Below are positions 38,433 through 48,552 of a DNA stretch of 64,000 nucleotides, one piece after another (positions within the stretch are counted from its first letter, which is position 1; the number at the start of each line of letters is the position of its first letter). The translations under genes and the position numbers were made by a program. Source of the DNA: an uncultured Actinomycetes bacterium (GTDB lineage Bacteria > Actinomycetota > UBA4738 > HRBIN12). The stretch lies in contig CAWEOB010000008.1 in the NCBI GenBank assembly GCA_963810635.1, forward strand, positions 90,615 through 154,614, in the 5' to 3' direction. Under the pieces are notes generated by a model, which was not told the DNA's origin, made no database searches, and worked only from the letters and a program-made list of their open reading frames with translations.

Positions 38433-40691
38433 ATGCACCGACGAGCTGTTGGCCTCGCGGCAGTGATCCTGCTCGTGGCCATGCTCGCTCCGGCACCCGC
38501 GACCGCTCAGCGGGCCGATAGCAGGACCGCCGAGGCCGATGTCGGCGTCCGGCGCCTGCCCGCTGACTACAAGTACCCGGACATCTCGCTGCGGGACGCG
38601 CGCAGGATGGTCCGGCAGGCCGCGAGCCCGGCGGCCGCCAGCCAGCAAGCCGCTGCGGTCGGCGACACGGTAGTCCTGGTTCGCGCTGGATGACGCGGCG
38701 GGCTTCTACCTGAAGGAGTACACGCTCCGCGGCGATCGGGAACAACATCGAGGTCTGGGTGGCGAGCGAACCCGACGACGGCGTGTCCGCGGGCACGGAC
38801 TTCCCCGCCGGGGACTGCCGCAACGGTGCCCGGACGGAGATCACCGACGACCAGGTGAACTCGCTGATCCAGGAGTTCGACGGGAACATCTACCCGAAGG
38901 AATCGGACACCTTCAGCGTGCCGCCGTCGCGCGACGGCTCCGCCTCGTCGGCCGGCGCCATCGGCCTGCCCGACGACTACTGGTCCGGCTCCGGCGACAA
39001 GATCGTCACCCTGGTGGACAACGTTCGTGACGGCAACTTCTACGACACGAACAACGCGAACGGCTTCTCGTACATCGCCGGGTTCTACTCCTCCGGCGTG
39101 GACGACTTCGTCGACCGTCTCGTCATGACGATCGACGCGTTCGACTGGATCCACCGCACGGGGGCGAACCCGCCGCACGAGCCGACCACCGACCTCTGCA
39201 CGAGCGCGCCGGCGCGGCCGTTCCTGTACGAGGGGGTCTTCGCCCACGAGTACCAGCACCTGCTGCTGAACTACGTGGACACCGGGCGAGACGACCTGGA
39301 TGAACGAGGGCCTGTCCGACTGGGCCCAGACGCTCACCGGCTACGTCGACCCGAGCGTCCCGATCACGGATCTGGGGTCGGATAGCCACATCCAATGCTT
39401 CCTCGGTTGGCTGGGGATCCAGACCGACTTCAATCCGATACCTCGCGACGGTGGTCCCGAGAACTCCTTGAACCTGTGGGGAGATCAGAACGACTTCGAG
39501 TGGGAGATCCTCTGCGACTACGGGGCCGCCTATTCGATGATGGAGCTCCTCGCCGACCGGTTCGGGACCGACTTCATGACCGCGCTGCACAACGACCCCG
39601 CGCACGGGTTCGAGAGCGTCCAGGCGCTCATGGACGACGCGGGAAGCTCCATGTCGGTCAGCCAGCTGATCGACACCTGGGCCGCGACGGCCGCCCTCGA
39701 CGGCGTCCTCGATGACGGCGCGAAGCTGAAGGGTGGACGACGGCGGGACTTCCAGGTCTCGACGCTGGACGCCTCGATCAACTGGGACACGGCGCAGACC
39801 TACTCGACGCCGGGAGCCCCGCCGAACGGGTCGGACTTCGTCCGGCTGCGGAACGCGCACGGGTATCTCTCGGCGAAGCAGGTGAGGCGCATCTCCTTCG
39901 ATGGGGTCGAACAGCTCCCGACGCTGCCGATCGAATGGGTCGTGGATGCGAACCCGCCGGGTCAAACGGGCGACCCCGCGCTGTTCTCCGGGACCGGGGA
40001 CAACCTGGACCGGGCGATCGTGCAGGAGGTCGACGTCCCCGCGGGAACGCCGCAGCTGACGTTCGACACCAACTGGAGCCTGGAGTCGGGCTTCGACTAC
40101 GGCTACGTCCAGGTGTCGACCGACGGCGGCGCTACCTACACCTCGATCCTGTGTGACGGCATGGTGGAGGGCGAGGCGCCGTTCGGCCCGGCGTTCAACG
40201 GAGAATCGGGCGGGTTCGTGAGCTCGTTCTGCGACCTGTCCGCCTACGCGGGGCAGACCGTCGTGATCTCGTTCCGCATCGTCACCGACGGAAGCGTCTT
40301 CGAGGACGGCTTCTGGGTCGACGATGTCGCGCTCGACGGTGGATCCATCTCCGATGGCTCCACGCTGGACGGATGGAGCTCCCTCACGGAGTTCCGACCG
40401 ATCGACGTCGAGGGCTACACGGTCCGACTCGTGGCGTACTCGGCCTGCACGCACGCTCGCCGAGCCAACCACCACCACCACCACGATGGCGGGTGCGTGG
40501 CCCGGATCGCGAAGCTCCACCTGAACGACGCCTTCGATGGCTGGCTCTCGGGATGGCGGCTCCGCAAGGCGATCGGGAGGGATGCCAGGATCGTGTCGGC
40601 GATCGTCACCTACCACGACGGCACCGAGTCGGTCCTGCAGTACGCGCCGTACACCTTGAGGGTGAACGGGGTGGTGCAGCCCGGCGGCTGA
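38433..40691 (+). CDS. Secreted M6-family (immune-inhibitor-A-like) metallopeptidase, three apparent frameshifts
   Basis: RBS GGGAGGGG before ATG 38433, then a signal peptide. HExxH motif FAHEYQHLL followed by (ETT)WMNEGLSDWAQ. The path runs ORF 38433.. -> WFALDDAAGFYLKEYTLRG (next frame) -> ORF 38759.. -> ORF 39300... Shifts lie near 38675, 38739 (GGG run) and 39285 (GGG run). Confidence 0.75.
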
Positions 40692-40710
40692 GCCGCCGGG
40701 CGGTCACGCG

Positions 40711-40741
40711 GGAAGGGGGCGGCCTCCGGCCGCCCCCTTCC
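40711..40741. terminator. Bidirectional stem-loop between convergent M6 peptidase and ppdK
   Basis: Perfect 14-bp stem ggaagggggcggcc / ggccgcccccttcc with a 3-nt loop. Confidence 0.6.
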
Positions 40742-40767
40742 GCTACTTCCGCTACTTCCGCTACTTC
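40741..40767. repeat. Exact 9-bp tandem repeat x3 (cgctacttc) spanning the ppdK stop codon
   Basis: cgctacttc occurs at 40741, 40750 and 40759. On the coding strand this reads AAG TAG CGG three times, so there are three in-frame TAG codons spaced by two codons. Confidence 0.9.
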
Positions 40768-43458
40768 GAGGCGACCTCGGCGGTTCCCACCGCGGCCTGG
40801 CCCGCGGCGAGCCGCGCCGTCTCGACGCGGAAGGGCGAGCAGCTCACGTAGTCGAGTCCCAGCTCGTGACAGAACACCACGCTGGCCGGGTCGCCGCCGT
40901 GCTCGCCGCAGATGCCGAGATGGAGATGCGGGTTCGCGGCGCGGCCCTCCCGGCTGGCGATCTCCATCAGCCGTCCCACGCCGGGCCGGTCGATCGTGAC
41001 GAACGGGTTGGCCGGGACCAGCCGCCGCTCCTCGTACAGGCCCACGAACTTCCCGATGTCGTCGCGGCTGAACCCGAACGCGGTCTGCGTGAGGTCGTTC
41101 GTGCCGAACGAGAAGAACTCGGCGTTCTCCGCGATCTCGCCCGCCGTCACGGCCGCGCGCGGGAGCTCGATCATGGTCCCCCACTCGAGGTGGGAGAGGG
41201 TCACGCCCGCGCGCTCGAGGACCTCCTGGACGACGGGCTCGAGCTCGTCGCGCATCTGCCGGAGCTCCGGAGCGGTGGCGACGAGGGGAGTCGATGATCT
41301 CGACCTGAGGATCGCCTCCTCCCTCCGGACCTCGACGGCCGCCTCTGCGATGGCGCGGACCTGCATCGCGTAGAGGCCCGGCTTGAGGATCCCGAGCCGG
41401 ACCCCTCGCAGCCCCAGCATCGGGTTGGTCTCGTGGAGCTGTCGGACCCTGGGGAGGGTGTCCTCCTGCTCGGCGACATCCTCGCCGCGCTCCTTCCCGA
41501 TCGCGACCTCGACCGACAGCGCGGTGAGATCGGGGAGGAACTCGTGCAGCGGCGGGTCGAGCAGGCGCACCGTGACGGGCAGCCCATCCATCGCCCGGAA
41601 GATCCCGACGAAGTCACCGCGCTGGAGCGGGAGGAGGTCGTCGTACGCAGCCTGCTCCTCGTCGGGGGTCTCCGCGAAGATGATCCGGCGGACGGCCTCC
41701 ACGCGCTCCTCCCCGAGGAACATGTGCTCGGTGCGGCACAGACCGATGCCTTCGGCGCCACGCGCGCGCGCGTTCGCCGACTGGTCCGGCGTGTCGGCGT
41801 TCGCGCGCACGCGGAGACGCCGGCGCGCGTCCGCCACGGCCATCAGACGCTCGAACGCCTTCCAGATCGGCTGCTCGCGCGCCTCGGCGTCGCCCGAGCG
41901 GGCCTTCTCGAGCAGCGACTCCTCGAGCGGCAGCTCACCCACGAAGACGTTCCCGGTGAAGCCGTCGATCGTGATGACGCCGCCTTCGGCGACGAGCGTG
42001 TCCCCCGCGGTGAACACCTTGTCGTCCAGGTCGATCCGGATCTGATCGGCGCCACAGACGGCCGGGATCCCCTCCCCGCGGGCGACCACGGCCGCATGCG
42101 AGTTGGTGCCGCCGGCGCTCGTCAGGATGCCCTGCGCGGCGATCATGCCGTGGTAGTCGTCGGGCGTCGTCTCCCGGCGGACGAGGATCGACCGCCTCAC
42201 CTCGTCCCGCCCACGCTTGGGCTTCGTCCGCGGTGAACACCACCTTGCCCGTGGCCGCACCCGGCGAGGCGTTGAGACCCTTCGCGATCGCCCCGGATGC
42301 TTCGGCGCCGACGCGCCGCTTGAACAGCTCTTCGAGACGGTTCGCATCCACGCGCAGCAGGGCGGTGTCCTCGTCGATGAGGCCCTCGCCCAACATGTCG
42401 TACGCCATGACCCACTCGGCGAACGCCGTGCGCTTGCCGATCCGGGTCTGCAGGATCCAGAGCTTGCCCTTCTCGATGGTGAACTCGATGTCGCACATGT
42501 CCTGGTAGTGCTTCTCGAGCGTGTCCATCACCTGCATCAAGCCCGCGTACGAGGCCGGGTCCAGCTCCTCGAGGTCCGCGAGCGGGAGCGTGTTGCGGAT
42601 GCCGGCGACCACGTCCTCCCCCTGGGCGTTCGGGAGGTAGTCGCCGTACGGGATCTTCTCGCCCGAGGCCGGGTCGCGCGTGAACGCCACCCCGGTCCCC
42701 GAGTCGTCCCCGCGGTTGCCGAACACCATCGCCACGATGTTCACGGCCGTGCCGAGATCGTCGCTGATCTTGTTCTGCCGCCGGTAGTCGCGGGCGCGCT
42801 TGCCGTTCCACGACCGGAACACCGCGTCGATGGACAGGCGCAGCTGGTCCTTGGGATCTTGCGGGAACTCCTCGGAGGTGTGGTCCCGGTAGATCGCCTT
42901 GAAGCGGTCGATCACGGCGGCGAGGTCGTCGGCATCCAGGTCGGTGTCCTGGGCCCCCTCGAACTTCGCCTCCTTGGCCTCCTCGAGCGCGTGCTCGAAG
43001 GCGTCGGCCGGCACGTCCATCACGATCTTGCCGAACATCTGGATGAACCGGCGGTAGGCGTCGCGGGCGAACCGGACGTCGCCCTCGGTCTGCTTCGCGA
43101 GGCCGTGCACCGACGCATCGTTGAGCCCCAGGTTGAGGACCGTGTCCATCATCCCGGGCATCGAGAACTTCGCACCGCTGCGGACGCTGACCAGGAGCGG
43201 GTCGTCCGCGTCACCGAGCTCCTTGCCCATCGCGTCCTGGAGGTGGCGCAGGTGCCCGCCGGCCTCCTGGAGCATCTCGGGCGGCGCCACGCCACCGTTG
43301 GCCAGGAACGTGAGGCAAGCCTCCGTGGTGATCGTGAACCCCGGCGGGACGGGCAGCCCCATGTTCGTCATCTCGGCGAGGTTGGCGCCCTTGCCGCCGA
43401 GCAGGTCCTTCATGTCCCGGTTGCCTTCGGAGAAGTCGTAGACGTACTTGGTGGTCAC
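40761..43458 (-). CDS. ppdK: Pyruvate, phosphate dikinase (one apparent frameshift)
   Basis: GTG 43458 gives VTTKYVYDFSEGNRDMKDLLGGKGANLAEM. Phosphohistidine motif GGTNSHAAVVARG. C-terminal PEP-utilising domain. The N-terminal part lies in ORF 41935..43554 and the C-terminal part in ORF 40761..42347. The junction ...WAGRGEAV|ILVRRETTPDD has one extra base at about 42189. Confidence 0.9.
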
Positions 43459-43542
43459 GGTTCGCAGGCCTCTCGTGCTCGTTGGCGGACGCGGAGCGTT
43501 CAGTCTACGGCGGGGTCTGCCGACGACCCATGTGGGAACGGT

Positions 43543-43562
43543 GATACACATCACTGTGTATC
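43543..43562. promoter_or_regulatory. Inverted repeat, candidate VapB operator
   Basis: GATACACA-tcac-TGTGTATC is a perfect 8-bp inverted repeat. It overlaps a second palindrome, GTGAT-acac-ATCAC. It lies 19 nt upstream of the vapB ATG in the locally AT-richest stretch of the intergenic region. Confidence 0.4.
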
Positions 43563-43580
43563 GACCGAGGAGGTCGCAGG

Positions 43581-43841
43581 ATGGGCCGGATGGTCCGCAC
43601 CAACATCGTGATCGACGAGGCCCTCGTCCGGGAGGTCATGGAGTCGTTCGGGCTCGAGAGCAAACGGGCGGCCGTCGACTTCGCCCTCCATGCCGTGCTC
43701 GGCGACGAACGGCATCCGATCACCGATCCCTGGAAGGCCGCGGCGGAGCTCCGAGGGATGTGGGCCGACATGACCGACGAGGAGGCGCGTGAGATCTGGG
43801 GCGACGAGGTACCCGACACCGACGAGGAGCTCGGTCGTTGA
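43581..43841 (+). CDS. vapB: Type II antitoxin, VapB-like
   Basis: RBS GAGGAGG before ATG 43581. MVRTNIVIDEALVREVMESFGLESKRAAVDFALHAVL. The stop overlaps the vapC start. Confidence 0.8.
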   Translation: MGRMVRTNIVIDEALVREVMESFGLESKRAAVDFALHAVLGDERHPITDPWKAAAELRGMWADMTDEEAREIWGDEVPDTDEELGR

Positions 43842-44248
43842 TCCTCGTTGACACCTCGGCGTGGATCGAGGGAATCCGCCGCACCGAATCTGCCGTCGAC
43901 CTGAAGCTGGTGGCGCTGCAAGCGGCGGAAGCCGACCTGGCGGTCACCGAGCCCATCATCCTGGAGCTCCTCTCCGGCGCGCGCTCGGCGCGAGAGCTGA
44001 TCGCCACACGGAGGCGCCTCCTCGCGTTCCCGATGCTCCGCGTCGGCGGACTGGAGACCTACGAACGCGCGGCGGCGGTCTGGCGAACCTGCCGGGCGGC
44101 AGGAGAGCCGGTCCGCACGACGATGGATTGCCTGGTCGCCGCCGTCGCGATCCGGGAGGGCGCGACGATCCTCCACCAGGACCGCGACTTCGACACCATC
44201 GGGCGGCACACGGAACTGCAGGTCGAGCCCGTGGAACCATCCGTGTAG
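43838..44248 (+). CDS. vapC: PIN-domain toxin, VapC-like
   Basis: TTG 43838 overlaps the TGA of vapB. ILVDTSAWIE (first acidic residue), TEPIILELL, TTMDCLVAAVA and HQDRDFD. Confidence 0.85.
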   Translation: MILVDTSAWIEGIRRTESAVDLKLVALQAAEADLAVTEPIILELLSGARSARELIATRRRLLAFPMLRVGGLETYERAAAVWRTCRAAGEPVRTTMDCLVAAVAIREGATILHQDRDFDTIGRHTELQVEPVEPSV

Positions 44249-44301
44249 CCGCGCAGCTGTGTACGCTCCGCCCCAACGAGCGGAGTCGACGGAGGCGAGC
44301 C

Positions 44302-44442
44302 ATGGCGCACGCGAAGGACAAGGGCGGGTCCAAGAACACGAAGAAGAAGGCTCAGAAGAGCATCCAGGAGAAGCGGGCCGAGAAGAAGGCCAAGAAGGAC
44401 CAGTCGTCCCGCACGACGTGGCCGCAGCCCACCGAGGGCTGA
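44302..44442 (+). CDS. Lys-rich small basic protein (46 aa)
   Basis: RBS GGAGG before ATG 44302. MAHAKDKGGSKNTKKKAQKSIQEKRAEKKAKKDQSSRTTWPQPTEG*. It is the tail of ORF 43861..44442, and its AAG/GAG-rich codons are unlike the surrounding non-coding frames. Confidence 0.45.
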   Translation: MAHAKDKGGSKNTKKKAQKSIQEKRAEKKAKKDQSSRTTWPQPTEG

Positions 44443-44457
44443 GATCGCGTCGCCGGC

Positions 44458-45816
44458 TCAGATCGTGATGGAGCCGAGGCCCTCCACGAGGTCGTCGAGC
44501 CGCGCCCGGTCGGTCGTGGCCACGAGCGTGATCTCGTCACCGTCGCGGAGCCCTTCGGCGGGCAGATCGCCCGCGTCGATCCACTGCCGGAGCGCCGCCG
44601 CGAACCCGTCCGCGTCCTCCGGCGTGTCCCAGGCCGTCCGCAGCACCACGACCACGTCCTCGCCGTCGGACCACGCGCGGTAGACACCGCCGTCCCAGCC
44701 GGCCGCCGCCTCGTCTCCCGTGGCGTCGTCCAGCCGGAGGTGGAGCATCGCGGCCAGCCAGGCCTCCCCCACCTGCATCGCGTCGAGATCCCCCCACCCC
44801 TCCCCGAGCGCCTGGGAGAGGTCCGGGATGTCGACGTCGATGGGCGGCGATGCCGGGAACGTCTCGGGGTGCAAGATCTCCTCCGTGGTCGCCGGGAGGT
44901 CCTGGAGGGCCTCGTTCACGGCCTCGTCGCCGCCGCGCAGCGACCGGTCGAGCACGAAGGCCTGTCCCGCCAGGTACGGCCACTCCTGGAGCTCCTGGAC
45001 GAACGGCGGTACGTCGGTCGGACCCCCACCCGCCCCGAAGGCGTCCGCGAGGGCATCGGCGAGGTCGCCGAGGTCCATCTCGGGGAACTCGACCAGGACC
45101 TCGGTGGCGAAGTACTGCGCGCTGCCCTCCACGACGCCCAGCGCGGCCTCGAACTCCTCGTCGCGGCACGCGAGCACCAGCGGATCGAGCCGCCCGAGAT
45201 CGAAGTGCTGATCGTCGATCGCGTGGGTGAGCTCGTGGGCGAGGGTGAGCCGCTCCACGAGCCCGACGTCCCCCTCCCCCAGGTACACGAGCTCGCCCGT
45301 CGCAGGATCGTAGAACCCGATGACCTGGCCCGTCAGGTAGGAGCGGTACGCCTCGCGGAGATCGGCGTCGGGAGGGAGCACGCCCAAGGTGCGCCACGCG
45401 AACGTCCGCCTCGCGAGCGGCTCCTCCGGGTAGGAGATCTCGAAGTTCTCTTCGAGGCGCCGGTCCATCTCGTCGTCCGAGATCGCTTCGGCCGCCGGGT
45501 CGCGCCGGAACTCGAGCCCGCGGACCTGCTCGACCTGGTCCATCACCTCGGCGATCTCGGGGGGGACCTCGCCCGGTGGCACGACCTCGGGATCAGGGAT
45601 GTCCGGGGGCTCACAGAGCCCGCGGATCGCGCCGGCAGCCGAGGTGGCGCCGCCCGGCTCGATGTCCGGGAGCGCGAGGTCGCCGGCGCTCGACGACGGG
45701 GAGCCGGTGGCCGGTGACGTCGGCCGCCCCGTCACCGTGACGGTCTGCTCCGTGCAGGCCACGACCGACGCGAGCAGGGCGAGGCCGGCGAGCACGGCCC
45801 GGAGCTTCGCGGTCAT
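44458..45816 (-). CDS. Lipoprotein with HExxH zinc-metalloprotease motif
   Basis: RBS GAAGGAAGG before ATG 45816, which overlaps the upstream stop (ATGA). Lipobox LLASVVAC. LAHELTHAIDDQHF. Confidence 0.75.
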   Translation of the reverse strand: MTAKLRAVLAGLALLASVVACTEQTVTVTGRPTSPATGSPSSSAGDLALPDIEPGGATSAAGAIRGLCEPPDIPDPEVVPPGEVPPEIAEVMDQVEQVRGLEFRRDPAAEAISDDEMDRRLEENFEISYPEEPLARRTFAWRTLGVLPPDADLREAYRSYLTGQVIGFYDPATGELVYLGEGDVGLVERLTLAHELTHAIDDQHFDLGRLDPLVLACRDEEFEAALGVVEGSAQYFATEVLVEFPEMDLGDLADALADAFGAGGGPTDVPPFVQELQEWPYLAGQAFVLDRSLRGGDEAVNEALQDLPATTEEILHPETFPASPPIDVDIPDLSQALGEGWGDLDAMQVGEAWLAAMLHLRLDDATGDEAAAGWDGGVYRAWSDGEDVVVVLRTAWDTPEDADGFAAALRQWIDAGDLPAEGLRDGDEITLVATTDRARLDDLVEGLGSITI

Positions 45817-46010
45817 CCTTCCTTCTTCGGCAGGAACGCCCCGGCGATCGCAGCCACGATGGCGCCGACCGACAGCGCGATCGACACCCACAGCAGCCGG
45901 ATCGACGCGAGGAAGTCGAGGACCGACATCAGGAGCACGGCGCCGGCCGCGAGCATCAGCGCGAACGCCAGCAGGTACAGGCTCGGCCATCCCCGGGCCT
46001 TGTCTGTCAC
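45813..46010 (-). CDS. Small membrane protein (2 TM, 65 aa)
   Basis: GTG 46010 overlaps the glyQS stop (GTGA). [23 protein letters not shown] and [21 protein letters not shown]. Confidence 0.6.
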   Translation of the reverse strand: MTDKARGWPSLYLLAFALMLAAGAVLLMSVLDFLASIRLLWVSIALSVGAIVAAIAGAFLPKKEG

Positions 46011-47332
46011 AGGCGTTCCCGGAGATAGTCAAGCAACTTGACGACCGGCAAGCGCTCCTGCGTCATCGAGTCGCGCTCGCGGACGGTCACCGCTCGGTCC
46101 TCGAGCGTGTCGAAGTCCACCGTGACGCAGAACGGCGTCCCGACCTCGTCCTGGCGCCGGTACCGGCGGCCGATCGACCCAGCGTCGTCGTAGTCGCACA
46201 TCCATGCCGGCTTCACCAGGTCGAACACCTCGCGGGCGGTCGGAACGAGCTTCTCGTTCCGCGACAGCGGCAGCACGGCGACCTTGGTTGGCGCCAGATC
46301 GCGGTGAAGCGCCAGGTAGGCGCGCTTCTCGGTCCCGCCCTTCGCGGTGGGCGCCTCCTCGACGCGGTAGGCGTCGACCAGGAAGGTGAGCATCGCCCGG
46401 TCGACCCCTGCGGCCGGCTCTACCACGTACGGGAGGAACTTCTCCTCCTTCTCCTGGTCGAAGTACGTCAGATCCTCGCCGCTCGCTTCCTGGTGCGCGT
46501 GCAGATCGAAGTCGGTGCGGTTCGCGATACCCTCGACCTCCTGCCAGCCGAACGGGAACTCGTACTCGACGTCGGAGGCGGCCTTCGCGTAGTGCGCCAG
46601 CTCATCGGGCTCGTGCGGGCGGAGCCGGAGCTTCTCAGGCCGCACACCCAGGTCGAGGTACCACTGGAGCCGGCTCTGGGTCCAGTAGGCGAACCACTCC
46701 TCATCCGTTCCCGGCGCGACGAAGAACTCCATCTCCATCTGCTCGAACTCGCGCGTGCGGAAGATGAAGTTCCCCGGCGTGATCTCGTTGCGGAACGACC
46801 GCCCGATCTGCGCGATCCCGAAGGGCAGCTTCTTCCGCGAGACCGTCTGCACCTGCGAGAAGTCCACGAACATGCCCTGGGCTGTCTCGGGCCGCAGGTA
46901 GACGGTGGCGTCGTCCTCCTCGACGGGGCCCATGTGGGTCTTGAACATCATGTTGAACTGCCGGGCCTCGGTGAAGCCGTGACCGCCGCAGTTCGGACAG
47001 ACAGCCTCGCCGGTGTCGTCGGCCTCCAGATGGTCCTCGCGGAACCGCTGGTGACAGTTGAGGCATTCCACCAGGGGGTCGTGGAAGGCCGCGACGTGAC
47101 CGGAGGCCTCCCAGACCTTCGGGGACATGATGATGGCCGCTTCGAGACCAACGATGTCGTCACGGAGCTGCACCATGGATCGCCACCAGGCGTTGCGGAT
47201 GTTGCGACGCAGTTCCGTACCTAACGGGCCGTAGTCCCACGAGGACCGCAGACCGCCGTAGATCTCGGAGGACTGGAACGCGATGCCCCGTCGCTTCGCG
47301 AGGGACGTGATCTCATCCATCAGGTCGGGCAT
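46007..47332 (-). CDS. glyQS: Glycine--tRNA ligase (homodimeric class II type)
   Basis: RBS GGAAAGGAG before ATG 47332. [38 protein letters not shown]. Motif 2 region [25 protein letters not shown]. Confidence 0.95.
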   Translation of the reverse strand: MPDLMDEITSLAKRRGIAFQSSEIYGGLRSSWDYGPLGTELRRNIRNAWWRSMVQLRDDIVGLEAAIIMSPKVWEASGHVAAFHDPLVECLNCHQRFREDHLEADDTGEAVCPNCGGHGFTEARQFNMMFKTHMGPVEEDDATVYLRPETAQGMFVDFSQVQTVSRKKLPFGIAQIGRSFRNEITPGNFIFRTREFEQMEMEFFVAPGTDEEWFAYWTQSRLQWYLDLGVRPEKLRLRPHEPDELAHYAKAASDVEYEFPFGWQEVEGIANRTDFDLHAHQEASGEDLTYFDQEKEEKFLPYVVEPAAGVDRAMLTFLVDAYRVEEAPTAKGGTEKRAYLALHRDLAPTKVAVLPLSRNEKLVPTAREVFDLVKPAWMCDYDDAGSIGRRYRRQDEVGTPFCVTVDFDTLEDRAVTVRERDSMTQERLPVVKLLDYLRERL

Positions 47333-47538
47333 GACCCGATCTCCTTTCCCGGCCGCTGGCCGCGACCGCTGGCGTGCAAGGAATGCTACCTGCGGCGATG
47401 CTCCGGCCCGGGGCCCGGGGAGGGACCGCCACGGAACCTCCACGGGGACCGATACCGACCTTCGGCCTAGGCCGTGAGGGCTCGGAGTACCGACCTCCGG
47501 ACCTCACGAGCGGGCGGATGCGAGCCGACCTTCGAGAT

Positions 47539-47976
47539 ATGGACACCTGTCCGCGATGCGGTGCCGCGCGCTCTGCCGACCTGACCTGGTGCGGCCAGTG
47601 CTTCCTGCGGTTCGACGACGAAGGTGCCTCGCGGGGCGACTCCACGGTGCTCATGTCGTTCGGCGAGCAGCGCACCGGACTGCCGATCTGGGCGCGCGTG
47701 CTGGTGACCGCCGCGGTGATCGGCGGCGGATGCGTCCTCATCGCCGCGTTCGAGCCATGGTGGGACCACGGCGGCGCTATGTGGGTCCTGGGCGCCGTGC
47801 TCCTCATCGTCTACGCGAGCGTGGGTGGGGTCCTCGTGGCCCGGTTCTGGGCTCCCGAGACGTTCACGGCACGCGAGGAGCGGGTCGTGTTCCTGGACCA
47901 GCGCGCGATCGACGACGTCGAAGCACGCCAGCGGTCCCTCGCCACGCGCCCCGAGCCCGACACTCCCGGCCGCTGA
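47539..47976 (+). CDS. Zinc-ribbon membrane protein, tandem paralog 1
   Basis: MDTCPRCGAARSADLTWCGQCF (CxxC...CxxC) followed by two TM helices (LPIWARVLVTAAVIGGGCVLIAAF, AMWVLGAVLLIVYASVGGVLVA). Confidence 0.65.
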   Translation: MDTCPRCGAARSADLTWCGQCFLRFDDEGASRGDSTVLMSFGEQRTGLPIWARVLVTAAVIGGGCVLIAAFEPWWDHGGAMWVLGAVLLIVYASVGGVLVARFWAPETFTAREERVVFLDQRAIDDVEARQRSLATRPEPDTPGR

Positions 47977-47979
47977 CCC

Positions 47980-48549
47980 ATGCCGCCCGGGAGGCAGTGC
48001 CCGTCGTGCGGCGCGGCGCTCCCCACGGACATCCGCTGGTGCGGACGCTGCTACGCCCCCATCCGCGAGTTCACGCCGCGGGAGCCCCTCCACCACGGTG
48101 ACTTCGTCGATCTGCCGATCGTGACCGGCGGGCACCGGCCCCATTGGTCACGATGGGAGCGGAGCGCCACCACCCTCGGGCCGGTCGGCCGGGTCATCGC
48201 GACAATCCTCTTCCTGCTCTCGATCCCGTTCGCGATGTCGTTCGGGATGATGCTGTACCTCGTGACGTTCCCGGTGCTGGCCGTCGTCGTCCTCGGAGGC
48301 ATCTGGGCGAAGGGGTGGGTGGTGCCGGACGAGCCCCCGGAGCGTCCACCGCTCCCGGTCGTCGAGCGGGAGGTGATCGAGCAGCCCCTCACGACAGCGA
48401 TGCGCGTCTTCCGGGTGTGCGTGTGGGCGGTCGTCTTCGGCGCCTGTGCGCTCTTCGCCTACGGGCCGATCCCGGTCAAGGTCGCGGTCCTGGCCCTGTC
48501 GACGATCGCCGGGGTGTACGCGTTCTTCCGCGGGTTCCTCTCGCGCTGA
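47980..48549 (+). CDS. Zinc-ribbon membrane protein, tandem paralog 2
   Basis: MPPGRQCPSCGAALPTDIRWCGRCY followed by about 4 TM helices. It starts 3 nt after the stop of paralog 1. Confidence 0.65.
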   Translation: MPPGRQCPSCGAALPTDIRWCGRCYAPIREFTPREPLHHGDFVDLPIVTGGHRPHWSRWERSATTLGPVGRVIATILFLLSIPFAMSFGMMLYLVTFPVLAVVVLGGIWAKGWVVPDEPPERPPLPVVEREVIEQPLTTAMRVFRVCVWAVVFGACALFAYGPIPVKVAVLALSTIAGVYAFFRGFLSR

Positions 48550-48552
48550 AGG

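Noticed and set aside
40470-40484. A (CAC)5 microsatellite encoding a His5 run in the M6 peptidase C-terminal domain
   Set aside because: It is short and in frame. It is possibly slip-prone, but nothing in a single sequence indicates variation or regulation.
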